The translations under genes and the position numbers were made by a program. DNA of 34,144 nt from a virus (taxonomy: Duplodnaviria; Caudoviricetes). This document shows positions 1 to 6,913 of this stretch, in pieces. The notes beneath the pieces were generated by a model. It was given only the letters and a program-made list of their open reading frames with translations, was not told where the DNA came from and did no database searches. The DNA lies in IMG/VR virus record IMGVR_UViG_3300049472_000055, positions 1 through 34,144 of that record; one strand, given 5' to 3'. Numbering within the stretch: position 1 is the stretch's first letter; each line of letters begins with the position of its first letter.

Positions 1-46
1 CCCCAATAGTCCCCACTTGTCCCCCCAAAGTATCGTAAAGTATCGT
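1..46. repeat. Short direct repeats upstream of integrase (possible att arm or regulatory sites)
   Basis: AAAGTATCGT twice in tandem (27-36, 37-46); CCCC blocks at 10-bp period (1, 11, 21); function is inferred. Confidence 0.45.
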
Positions 47-49
47 GGC

Positions 50-1114
50 ATGGGCAAACACCTGGGGTTCCGTGTCGTGCAAGAGGGTGAGCGCTGGCGC
101 GGATTCTACCGAGACGGCAAGCGCTACCGCTCCAAGACCTGGGACACGGAGGCTCTGGCCACGGCTTGGGCCAGCGGGAAGACTGCCGGCGGCAGCGTGC
201 CGGGGATCGCCCTACCCGTGGCAAAGTCTCGGGCCGATACTTCGGAGCTGGCCAAGACCTTCGTTGCGGCCCTCGACATCAAGCGCCGGTCGATCTCCCA
301 TCAGGCCAACGTCCGGCACACCCTCGACCTGATGGCAGCTGCCGTGCCGGATCTGGCTGCGCCTGATGCTCACCGGCAGATGGAGGCGTGGCTGGAGGGC
401 GTGCAGCTGGACCGGGTAGGGCGGCATCGCCGGAAGCGCAGCAAGGCCCCGAGCCCGGGCTACCGCAACCGCTTGATCGCGGAGGTCCGCGCCTTCTGCC
501 GCTGGCTGGTGCGGAAGGAGTACCTGACAGTGGATCCGAGCCGGACGCTGGAGCGGGCGACGGCACACCGGGAGATCAAGGCGCAGTTCAGCGTGGACGA
601 TGTTCGGCAGCTCTGCGCCCCGTGCGCCGACCATCCGCGGCAGCGCTGGGTGGCGCTGATGCTGCTGGCTGGGCTCCGAGCTGACGAGGCAGCAGCAATC
701 ACTTGGGCGGATCTCGTTGGCGGCCAGCTCTACGTTCGCAAGCACGCCGGCCACAGGCTCAAGCGGGGCAAGGAAAGGCTGGTCCCTCTCCAGGCACGTC
801 TAGCCGAGATTCTTGGCCCAGCGGGGCAGGGGACGGTCGCGCCGCTGACTGGAGCCCGCAGCACGGTCCAGATGGGCCGGCACTTCCGGACCTACCTGGA
901 TCACTGCGGCATCAAGCCCGGCCAGCGCACACCGCACAGCTGTCGCCACACCTACGGTGCCCTGATGATCGCCACTGGCTGCCCAGACATCCTGGTCAAG
1001 GCGTACATGGGGCATGAGGCGGTGGCGACTACAGCGGACTACGCCAAGGCCGCGCCGCTCCACGTCGAGGCGGTCAAGGGGTGGGGGATGGGGAATCTGC
1101 TGCCGGTGGCGTAG
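50..1114 (+). CDS. int: Tyrosine recombinase / phage integrase
   Basis: Catalytic set GLRADE (R), LKRGK (K), HSCRH (HxxR), MGH, ADY; ATG at 50 preferred over TTG at 17. Confidence 0.93.
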   Translation: MGKHLGFRVVQEGERWRGFYRDGKRYRSKTWDTEALATAWASGKTAGGSVPGIALPVAKSRADTSELAKTFVAALDIKRRSISHQANVRHTLDLMAAAVPDLAAPDAHRQMEAWLEGVQLDRVGRHRRKRSKAPSPGYRNRLIAEVRAFCRWLVRKEYLTVDPSRTLERATAHREIKAQFSVDDVRQLCAPCADHPRQRWVALMLLAGLRADEAAAITWADLVGGQLYVRKHAGHRLKRGKERLVPLQARLAEILGPAGQGTVAPLTGARSTVQMGRHFRTYLDHCGIKPGQRTPHSCRHTYGALMIATGCPDILVKAYMGHEAVATTADYAKAAPLHVEAVKGWGMGNLLPVA

Positions 1115-1376
1115 GCCAATCCCATGCAGCTGCGTCTTCTGGCCCCGTTGGGAGCGGCGTCGGCGTCGGCCGAAATGGATCTCGCGGCACCAGCGCCTCC
1201 GCCGGTCGCGGCAGCATATCGAATACCGCCTTGGATATTTGCGATTCACGTTCAGCCCACAGCATAATGGCCTCCGCTAGATCGCCGTCCCGGTAAGGGG
1301 CCTTTTTCTTGAGGTATCGTTTCGCCGTGCGGCACTTCTCATTTAGCCGCGCCATGGTGCTTGCTCGGGACTTCAC
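1074..1376 (-). CDS. Hypothetical protein, last gene of leftward operon
   Basis: GTGA overlap with the upstream stop at 1373; 3' end overlaps integrase 3' end by 41 nt. Confidence 0.55.
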   Translation of the reverse strand: MKSRASTMARLNEKCRTAKRYLKKKAPYRDGDLAEAIMLWAERESQISKAVFDMLPRPAEALVPRDPFRPTPTPLPTGPEDAAAWDWPTPPAADSPSPTP

Positions 1377-1645
1377 CGAAGCTCCATGTAGGCATGGAGC
1401 ACTGCCCAGCCACCTACGTTCACCACGGTTGCAACGTGCGTGAAGTTCGGAGGCGGCTCATCGTCACCGGTCGCAACGAGGATCACGCGGATCGGCGGGC
1501 CTTCTGGGACCACTGGGACAGCAGCCCACACACAGATGCCGTACCCCTGCTCCGCGACATGCAGGACGGCGCTGCCGCCTGGGATCTCGACCGCGGTTCC
1601 GCCATCCTCAAACCGATACTTCCAGATTTTGCGCTCGGTGCTCAT
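1373..1645 (-). CDS. Conserved-type phage hypothetical protein (IWKY...P.G..VLHV..Q...VWA...ATG pattern)
   Basis: MSTERKIWKYRF start overlaps the stop of 1642..1884 (ATGA); resembles a common small phage family. Confidence 0.75.
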   Translation of the reverse strand: MSTERKIWKYRFEDGGTAVEIPGGSAVLHVAEQGYGICVWAAVPVVPEGPPIRVILVATGDDEPPPNFTHVATVVNVGGWAVLHAYMELR

Positions 1646-1884
1646 GTCTTTACCAGCTCCAGCTTCATCCCGAAGTACCGGGCCAGCGCCTCGGCCTGCT
1701 CCAGGGTGATGTGGGTCTTGTAGCTCACTCCGTCCTTGGATGCCTCGCCGTCGTCCTTCTCGTAGTTGGCCAGGGTGGTGAAGCGAATGCCAGTCTTGGC
1801 ATCGATGGCGCGTAGGCTTTCTTTGCGATTCCGCAGCGCTTGGCGCAGAGCGCGGTCGCAGGGGGTGGCGATACGGGGGGGCAT
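1642..1884 (-). CDS. XRE/Cro-CI family helix-turn-helix regulator (candidate repressor)
   Basis: SLRAIDAKTGIRFTTLANYE...ITLEQAEALARYFGMKL fits the XRE HTH pattern. Confidence 0.8.
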   Translation of the reverse strand: MPPRIATPCDRALRQALRNRKESLRAIDAKTGIRFTTLANYEKDDGEASKDGVSYKTHITLEQAEALARYFGMKLELVKT

Positions 1885-2469
1885 TCAAGACTCCAGGTGA
1901 CGGTGTGCGTCGGCAATGGTCGCGGCGAGCTGGGCCGCGATCAAAGCGCAGCCGTCGCGCTCTGCCAGGATGGCGAGCAGCTTTTCAGACTCGGGCAGGT
2001 ACTTGGCCAGCCAGTCCTTGGGCATGTCCCTGATGCCGTCGCGCAGGTTGTCGATCCTGTCCGCGATCTTGATGAACGCGGCCGGGGCCGACATGCGGCG
2101 CAGCTCGGCCAGGAACAGTTCGCCCTTCACGCCCTTCCCCGTGGCCGGGTCAATGGGCTTGGTCAGCTCGCGGACCAGGGCCAGGGTGTAGGGCGACAGG
2201 CTGGCCTCCGCTTCCGCCTGGAACGCGGGGCAGTCCTCCAGCACGTCGTGGCACCAGGCCGCGGCGATCTGCTGTTCCGTGCCGCCGAATTGCTCGACCA
2301 GGCAGGCGACCCGGTACGGATGCACGATGTAGGGGATTCCTGTAACCTTGCGCCGCTGGCCCATGTGGGCGCGTGCTGCTAGGTCGGACGCCATGGCGAT
2401 CAGGTTGCTGTGAATCTGTCCGATTCCTGGCAACGCCGGCTTGAGCGATGGCTTGAGTGCAAGCTTCAT
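1885..2469 (-). CDS. Stand-alone HD-domain (p)ppGpp hydrolase-like protein (Mesh1/SpoT type, small alarmone hydrolase)
   Basis: AH.GQRRK..G.PYIVHP..VA, AAWCHDVLED, VRELT, IKIADRIDNL motifs; no synthetase domain; ATG at 2469 overlaps the upstream stop. Confidence 0.88.
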   Translation of the reverse strand: MKLALKPSLKPALPGIGQIHSNLIAMASDLAARAHMGQRRKVTGIPYIVHPYRVACLVEQFGGTEQQIAAAWCHDVLEDCPAFQAEAEASLSPYTLALVRELTKPIDPATGKGVKGELFLAELRRMSAPAAFIKIADRIDNLRDGIRDMPKDWLAKYLPESEKLLAILAERDGCALIAAQLAATIADAHRHLES

Positions 2470-2990
2470 GATGCACACTGTACGGATGGCGGACAAGAGG
2501 CAAGCTCCTGCCGCAACGTCTGGACAAACGGGCTCCACACCTTGGACCAGAACCAATCGACGCATGGCTTTTCCCGGTGCTGGATCCATTCGTACCAGCA
2601 TTCCCCGTTCACGGTTGGCAGGTCGGCAATGCTTTCCTCGCTCTCTGCTGACTCGACATCATCCCACAGATCGCGGGCCTGGCTCCGGTCAAGGCTGCCG
2701 TCGCGCCGGCATTCAATGATGTATCGCTTGATGTCGGTCTTGGTCTGGTCCTCGTCCCATTCCATCAGCCGGCGATTTCCAAACAGCTTGCCCGTGGCAT
2801 AGTCGCAGTTGAGCCCGATCAGGAACCGCTTGAGGCTATCGCTGCCCCTGGCCCGCCAGTAGTGGCTGCCGTTCAGTTCGTCGTACTCCGAGCAGGTTAC
2901 GGACACAAAGCCCTGGTCAGCGTCGAGGCTGATCATGCATGGGCCGACCTTGTAGGTTTCCAATTGCTGGCGGGTGACGGCGTAGGTCAT
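2466..2990 (-). CDS. Phage hypothetical protein
   Basis: 174-aa ORF with ATGA coupling at both ends. Confidence 0.8.
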   Translation of the reverse strand: MTYAVTRQQLETYKVGPCMISLDADQGFVSVTCSEYDELNGSHYWRARGSDSLKRFLIGLNCDYATGKLFGNRRLMEWDEDQTKTDIKRYIIECRRDGSLDRSQARDLWDDVESAESEESIADLPTVNGECWYEWIQHREKPCVDWFWSKVWSPFVQTLRQELASCPPSVQCAS

Positions 2991-3205
2991 GGCTTCGCCT
3001 CGCTGGCCAGCGCATCAACCTCGTCCGCGGTCTTAAGTATGAACGCCGGCCATGGGCCCATGGGCTCGTCCTCAAAGCTCTTAAGCAGCGTAGCGTCAGC
3101 TCTCATCTTCTGCGCACGCCACTTGATCTGGCGCACGGTGGCTCCCTTGGCGATGGCGGCACGGACGCCGGCAAGCGTGGCCTGGCGGATGTCTTCGTAG
3201 CTCAC
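2987..3205 (-). CDS. Hypothetical protein
   Basis: GTG start (VSYEDIRQ) overlapping the upstream TGA, GGAG RBS. Confidence 0.65.
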   Translation of the reverse strand: MSYEDIRQATLAGVRAAIAKGATVRQIKWRAQKMRADATLLKSFEDEPMGPWPAFILKTADEVDALASEAKP

Positions 3206-3348
3206 TTGGCTTTCTCCTTGGCGTCTTCTTCTTCGATCTCCCGGCGCAGCTTGGCGATCCATGCGGCGCATGCCTGGCACTGGCGGTCGTATGTGGCCTT
3301 CTGGTCGGGCGTCATGCCCACAGGCTGGTCGTTCTTGCGGCGTGGCAT
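3202..3348 (-). CDS. Small hypothetical protein
   Basis: GAGGA RBS before MPRRKNDQ; coupled to the next gene. Confidence 0.65.
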   Translation of the reverse strand: MPRRKNDQPVGMTPDQKATYDRQCQACAAWIAKLRREIEEEDAKEKAK

Positions 3349-3355
3349 GGCGTCC

Positions 3356-3619
3356 TCAGTCGATGTTGTTGGCGGCGAGGAACGACGAGTAATCCCCGTC
3401 GCGCTTCCGGTTGTATTTCGGCACGGGACCGACAGCCGGGCTGGTCCGCTTCTTCGGGCTGTCGTTGCAGACGTAGGCCCCGCCAATGTCGTTCAGGAGA
3501 TCGACAAGCATCAGCTCGGCCTCGCCGTAGTCCTTGGCCTGTAGCTTGTTCAGGGCCATGGCCACGAAGTTCTTGAGCCCTTCGGTCTTGTTCTTGGGGT
3601 CGGGGTAGGGGAGGCTCAT
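3356..3619 (-). CDS. Hypothetical protein
   Basis: AAGGA RBS before MSLPYPDPK; lies just downstream of the promoter/operator at 3642-3669. Confidence 0.7.
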   Translation of the reverse strand: MSLPYPDPKNKTEGLKNFVAMALNKLQAKDYGEAELMLVDLLNDIGGAYVCNDSPKKRTSPAVGPVPKYNRKRDGDYSSFLAANNID

Positions 3620-3641
3620 GGGTTCATTCCTTACGTTGGTT

Positions 3642-3669
3642 GTTGTACGGCATCCGTACTTGATTGCAA
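3642..3669 (-). promoter_or_regulatory. Leftward sigma70-like promoter overlapped by operator O3 (GTACGG-CAT-CCGTAC, 3645-3659)
   Basis: Minus strand TTGCAA-16 nt-TACAAC; palindrome matches the two operators at 4336 and 4388. Confidence 0.7.
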
Positions 3670-3671
3670 GA

Positions 3672-3845
3672 TCAAACTTCCTGCATCCCGCATCCGCCCC
3701 AGCCGCGGGGCTGGGCATCGTTGAATTCCTGGGCGCTGGCGAAGCCGTCAGCATCCATCAGCGCCTTGTCCAATTCCTGAGCATTGGCAAACCAGTTGTC
3801 GGCGGCGGCTCCGTCGTCGGGCGGATCGTTTGGAAAATCGGGCAT
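3672..3845 (-). CDS. Small acidic hypothetical protein
   Basis: AAGGA RBS before MPDFPNDPP (alternative start 3860). Confidence 0.6.
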   Translation of the reverse strand: MPDFPNDPPDDGAAADNWFANAQELDKALMDADGFASAQEFNDAQPRGWGGCGMQEV

Positions 3846-3856
3846 GGTGGGGTCCT

Positions 3857-4102
3857 TCATTGGTTGTGTTCTTCGTTCCACTTCAGCTCAGCCGCGTAGC
3901 ACGCTGGGCAGAACCCGGCGCGGTCGTCCAGGCACGGGCCGCGCACATCACTCAGGGTCGGCTTGTTGCACCGCCGGCAGGGGGAAACCTGGATCCGCTT
4001 GCTGAATCTCTGGCCACGGCTGGCGGCGACCTCGGCTGCGCAGGCGTTGATGACGGCAACGCTCTTGTCGATCAGGCGCTGGACGCTGGCTGGCCGGCTC
4101 AT
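3857..4102 (-). CDS. Zn-finger-like hypothetical protein
   Basis: CRRC...CPAC; ATGA overlap with the upstream gene. Confidence 0.65.
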   Translation of the reverse strand: MSRPASVQRLIDKSVAVINACAAEVAASRGQRFSKRIQVSPCRRCNKPTLSDVRGPCLDDRAGFCPACYAAELKWNEEHNQ

Positions 4103-4302
4103 CCGCACACCGCCAGCCGGACGCCGTTGGCGCTGTCCAAGTAAACGTAATAGGTATCCCGGCTCAGCTTGAAAGTCAGCGGCTTGCCCCAGCCGGGCAG
4201 GACGGCGACCAGAACGGGACTGGCCAGGCCGGCGCGGGTAGCAGCCGCGAACGACGCCAGGGCGGCATCGAACAGCTTGGGGTTGAAGGCGGCGAGCGGC
4301 AT
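4099..4302 (-). CDS. Hypothetical protein, first gene of leftward operon
   Basis: GGAG RBS; directly downstream of the leftward promoter. Confidence 0.65.
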   Translation of the reverse strand: MPLAAFNPKLFDAALASFAAATRAGLASPVLVAVLPGWGKPLTFKLSRDTYYVYLDSANGVRLAVCG

Positions 4303-4329
4303 TGCTGGTTCTCCGTGGGTGACGAGCGG

Positions 4330-4358
4330 AGCTTAGTGTACGGGTTCCGTACACGCAA
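4330..4358 (-). promoter_or_regulatory. Leftward promoter with operator O1 (GTGTACGG-GTT-CCGTACAC, 4336-4354)
   Basis: Minus strand TTGCGT-17 nt-TAAGCT; perfect 8-bp-arm palindrome fills the spacer. Confidence 0.8.
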
Positions 4359-4382
4359 GAGGAATCTGGTGGCGGAATGTTG

Positions 4383-4410
4383 TTGACGTGTACGGACTCC
4401 GTACTACTGT
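4383..4410 (+). promoter_or_regulatory. Rightward promoter with operator O2 (GTACGG-ACT-CCGTAC, 4390-4404)
   Basis: TTGACG-16 nt-TACTGT; palindrome in the spacer; AAGGAG/GAGG RBS before ATG 4435. Confidence 0.8.
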
Positions 4411-4434
4411 TCCAGTGTACCAAGGAGAGGACCG

Positions 4435-4620
4435 ATGAGCTTCAAGCCCAGCAACGACGCCAAGAAGGTCTTGGCCGACGCCTACAATATGGGCCTGGTG
4501 ACCGATGAGTCGGTTGCCGACCTCGCCGCCATGGCCGACGCTGGCGACTATGCCGGCTTCAACGCCCTGATGAGCGCGGTTGCCGCCAAGCTGGACGGCC
4601 TGAAGGAGGCGATGACATGA
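4435..4620 (+). CDS. Hypothetical protein
   Basis: Strong RBS, GC3-rich codons, first gene of rightward operon. Confidence 0.8.
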   Translation: MSFKPSNDAKKVLADAYNMGLVTDESVADLAAMADAGDYAGFNALMSAVAAKLDGLKEAMT

Positions 4621-4808
4621 ACATCATCATCGACGCCGAGCAGATTCGGGAAGAAAGCTACTTCAACCTGTGCGCTATCGCCAGCGCCACGGGGTATGCC
4701 AATCCCGTGGCGGCTCTGGCCGTGACCAAGGAGCTGGTTGCGTGCGAGAAGGACGAGAACGGAAACATCACCAGCGCCCGGTTGCTGGACACCAAGGAGG
4801 AAGCATGA
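4617..4808 (+). CDS. Hypothetical protein
   Basis: AGGAGG RBS and ATGA overlap. Confidence 0.75.
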   Translation: MNIIIDAEQIREESYFNLCAIASATGYANPVAALAVTKELVACEKDENGNITSARLLDTKEEA

Positions 4809-4933
4809 AGACCACCAAGCTGGCGGCGCTGGCTGGCAGTAAGACCCTGACCACCCGGACCCTGGAGCAGGCCACGGCCATGGGGTTCAGCGTTATGGTC
4901 GTCGCCAAGCCCGTCAGCTGGAAGGCGGCATAA
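4805..4933 (+). CDS. Small hypothetical protein (MKTTKLAAL...)
   Basis: AGGAGG RBS, ATGA overlap, TAATG coupling downstream. Confidence 0.65.
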   Translation: MKTTKLAALAGSKTLTTRTLEQATAMGFSVMVVAKPVSWKAA

Positions 4934-5166
4934 TGCCCTACGCCGGCAAGTTCCGCGGCCCGTTCCCGGTCAAGGCGTTTGCCTTGGCCAGCGTGATCGT
5001 GACCGAGCCAGCCGAGCGCAATCGTTGCAACCCCGTCTGGCAGTGGGCCGTCCTGAGCGCGGCCGAGAAGCTGACCGGATGGGCCTACGCCATGACCTTC
5101 AGCGGCGAAGTCCGCAGCATGGCTGTCCCGCGCACAACCCCCATCCCCAAACCGGAGCCAACATGA
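4933..5166 (+). CDS. Hypothetical protein
   Basis: TAATG coupling; 77 aa. Confidence 0.7.
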   Translation: MPYAGKFRGPFPVKAFALASVIVTEPAERNRCNPVWQWAVLSAAEKLTGWAYAMTFSGEVRSMAVPRTTPIPKPEPT

Positions 5167-5531
5167 ACGATGATCCCAAACTCATCCCCCGCGCCAACTG
5201 GCAGACCAAGCAGCGCGGCACCAACCAGGACGAGTATGAAAAACCTGAGCTACCTGGCTATGGACGAAGCTGGACAGCACGCCACGCCCTACGCCATCGA
5301 TCTGTTGCGTGCTTGAGCACCCGCGAAATGACCGTCGAAACTCCTGACGGGGAAGAAATCGACGCCACCGTCCACTACGAATACGAAGCCCCGAGCCGTG
5401 CGCCGGATGGCTGGATGAAGGGGGCGCTGTGGATCTACAAGATTGAACGGGATGGGGTGGAAATCTACGTGTCGGATGAGGTGAAGGGGAAGCTTGAGGA
5501 TATTTTGTATGAGCGGGAGTGCGGCCGATGA
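5163..5531 (+). CDS. Chimeric ORF: 26-aa N-terminus of an interrupted gene + off-frame terL copy + unrelated small gene (STREMTVETPDG...)
   Basis: GGAG RBS and ATGA start at 5163; open through the 74-bp duplication; ends overlapping the MTase ATG. Confidence 0.6.
   Translation: MNDDPKLIPRANWQTKQRGTNQDEYEKPELPGYGRSWTARHALRHRSVACLSTREMTVETPDGEEIDATVHYEYEAPSRAPDGWMKGALWIYKIERDGVEIYVSDEVKGKLEDILYERECGR
5242..5315 (+). repeat. 74-bp exact direct repeat, copy 1 (copy 2 at 12299-12372 inside terL)
   Basis: AACCTGAGCTACCTGGCTATGGACGAAGC...CTGTTGCGTGCTTG identical at both loci by eye alignment. Confidence 0.97.
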
Positions 5532-6172
5532 ACGTCCTCGTCGCCTGTGAATCCAGCGGAACGGTGCGCGAGGCGTTCCGCAAGCTGGGGCATAACGCAT
5601 GGTCCTGCGATCTGCTGCCGTCCGATGACAACAGTCCATACCATACAGTCGGGGATGCGCGATACGTCATCGCCAACATGATCGCCAACGACGGGCGCGA
5701 CATGATACCGATCAGCCAAGCGGAGTGGGATCTGGTCATCGCCCACCCGCCTTGCACGCACCTTGCGTCCAGTGGGGCGCGGCACTTCGCTGCGAAGCAA
5801 GCCGACGGTAGGCAGCGAGAGGGTATTGACCTGTTCTTGGCCATTCGGGAATGCTGCAAGAAGAACGCCAAGAAGTGGGCAATCGAGAACCCTATCGGCA
5901 TCATGTCCTGCTTGTGGCGGAAGCCTAACCAAATAATCCACCCGTGGCAGTTCGGGCATGACGCCAGCAAGGCAACCTGTCTTTGGACATATTGCCTTCC
6001 GCCGCTAATGCACACCCGTGTGGTGGAAGGCCGGGTTGTGAATGGAAGGGTTAGATACGGAAACCAGTGCGATAGCGGGCAGAACAAGCTGCCGCCATCC
6101 AAGGACCGCTGGAAGATCCGCAGTAAGACGTACCAAGGGATTGCGGATGCGATGGCGGCCCAATGGTCTTGA
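5528..6172 (+). CDS. Phage DNA cytosine methyltransferase-like protein
   Basis: MNVLVACESSGTVREAF...WSCDL, DLVIAHPPCT (PC motif IV), IENP (motif VI), QFGH...KATCLW, RSKTYQGIADAMAAQW. Confidence 0.85.
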   Translation: MNVLVACESSGTVREAFRKLGHNAWSCDLLPSDDNSPYHTVGDARYVIANMIANDGRDMIPISQAEWDLVIAHPPCTHLASSGARHFAAKQADGRQREGIDLFLAIRECCKKNAKKWAIENPIGIMSCLWRKPNQIIHPWQFGHDASKATCLWTYCLPPLMHTRVVEGRVVNGRVRYGNQCDSGQNKLPPSKDRWKIRSKTYQGIADAMAAQWS

Positions 6173-6197
6173 CACACCTGTCTTTACGAGGCCGCTG

Positions 6198-6524
6198 ATG
6201 ATCGCTGACCTCCACCGCTGGGGATACCACCTCGTCCCCTGGTCCCGATCCCCCCGCAAGCCGATGATCCAGGGCTGGCTGGACAAGCCGACCGATCCGA
6301 CTGGGTTCTTGCGGGCCTATGGGGATGACATGGATTGGGCGGTCGTTCCGAAGAACGGGGTTGTTGTACTGGACATCGAGATGAAGGGCGGACTGGATGG
6401 CCAAGCCGAGTTCGATGCGCCGGCCGCGCCGGTCTACCTAGACTGTGCCAACGACGGCAAGGGCGGGGACATCACTCGCGACGGTGCGCCGCTGCTGACT
6501 TATGACGAATGGATGGGGGCCTGA
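6198..6524 (+). pseudogene. Truncated bifunctional primase/polymerase (Prim-Pol) N-terminus fused in frame to the C-half of the interrupted small gene
   Basis: WGYHLVPW...KPMIQGW...VVVLDIEMKGGLDG stops before the expected His motif; followed by unrelated VYLDCANDGKGGDITRDGAPLLTYDEWMGA. Confidence 0.65.
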
Positions 6525-6688
6525 TGCCCCACGTCCGCACTGAATACCACTGGCTGGCCGACTGCCAGATGTGGATGTTCGTGGTCATTGATGACGCCGA
6601 TGAAGTCTATGCCTGCGGCAGCGAAGCCGACCTGGAGATCGCGGCGAAGCGTGCCGGTAAAACGCTGGAACGACTGAAAAAACAATAG
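6524..6688 (+). CDS. Small hypothetical protein (MPHVRTEYHWLADCQMW..., 54 aa)
   Basis: Not in ORF track; TGATG coupling, translated by hand to TAG at 6686-6688. Confidence 0.65.
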   Translation: MPHVRTEYHWLADCQMWMFVVIDDADEVYACGSEADLEIAAKRAGKTLERLKKQ

Positions 6689-6713
6689 GTTTATTCTATT
6701 TTGTCGTTTCATG

Positions 6714-6743
6714 TTGACAAGTAAGGTGTTTACCTTATACGAG
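6714..6743 (+). promoter_or_regulatory. Promoter for replication operon with its own palindrome TAAGGT-GTTT-ACCTTA (6722-6737)
   Basis: Consensus TTGACA at 6714-6719 after an AT-rich tract; -10 is imperfect (TATACG/TACGAG). Confidence 0.6.
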
Positions 6744-6749
6744 TACACA

Positions 6750-6912
6750 GCGCAGCGGCCCCTGGCAGGGACGCAGCAACGGAACCCTTCACAATGACCC
6801 TCAACAACCCCCGAAGCATCGCCAATCAAGAAGCCGGCCCGCGAGTGAAGGCGCGTGGTCTGCAAGCCAGCTTGATTGACGATGCTTCGTTTGCTGTTGG
6901 AGGCCGCTGCTG
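6750..6912 (+). ncRNA. Structured leader RNA upstream of the replication gene
   Basis: 18/19-bp stem 6812-6830 with 6871-6889; 9-bp long-range pair GCAGCGGCC (6752-6760) with GGCCGCTGC (6902-6910); further complementary words CTTCAC/GTGAAG. Confidence 0.6.
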
Positions 6913-6913
6913 A
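6794..6913 (+). CDS. 39-aa leader peptide (uORF) coupled to the replication gene
   Basis: MTLNNPRSIANQEAGPRVKARGLQASLIDDASFAVGGRC; its TGA overlaps ATG 6913; no clear RBS. Confidence 0.4.
   Translation: MTLNNPRSIANQEAGPRVKARGLQASLIDDASFAVGGRC

Noticed and set aside
5182-6177. 331-aa minus-strand ORF (and 12023..12895) sharing QQIDGVGRGVLSSFVHSQVAQV
   Set aside because: The shared peptide only reflects the 74-bp DNA repeat; both are antisense to well-supported genes
5241-6431. Insertion as an IS, transposon or intron
   Set aside because: No transposase, homing endonuclease or maturase, no terminal inverted repeats, no target-site duplication
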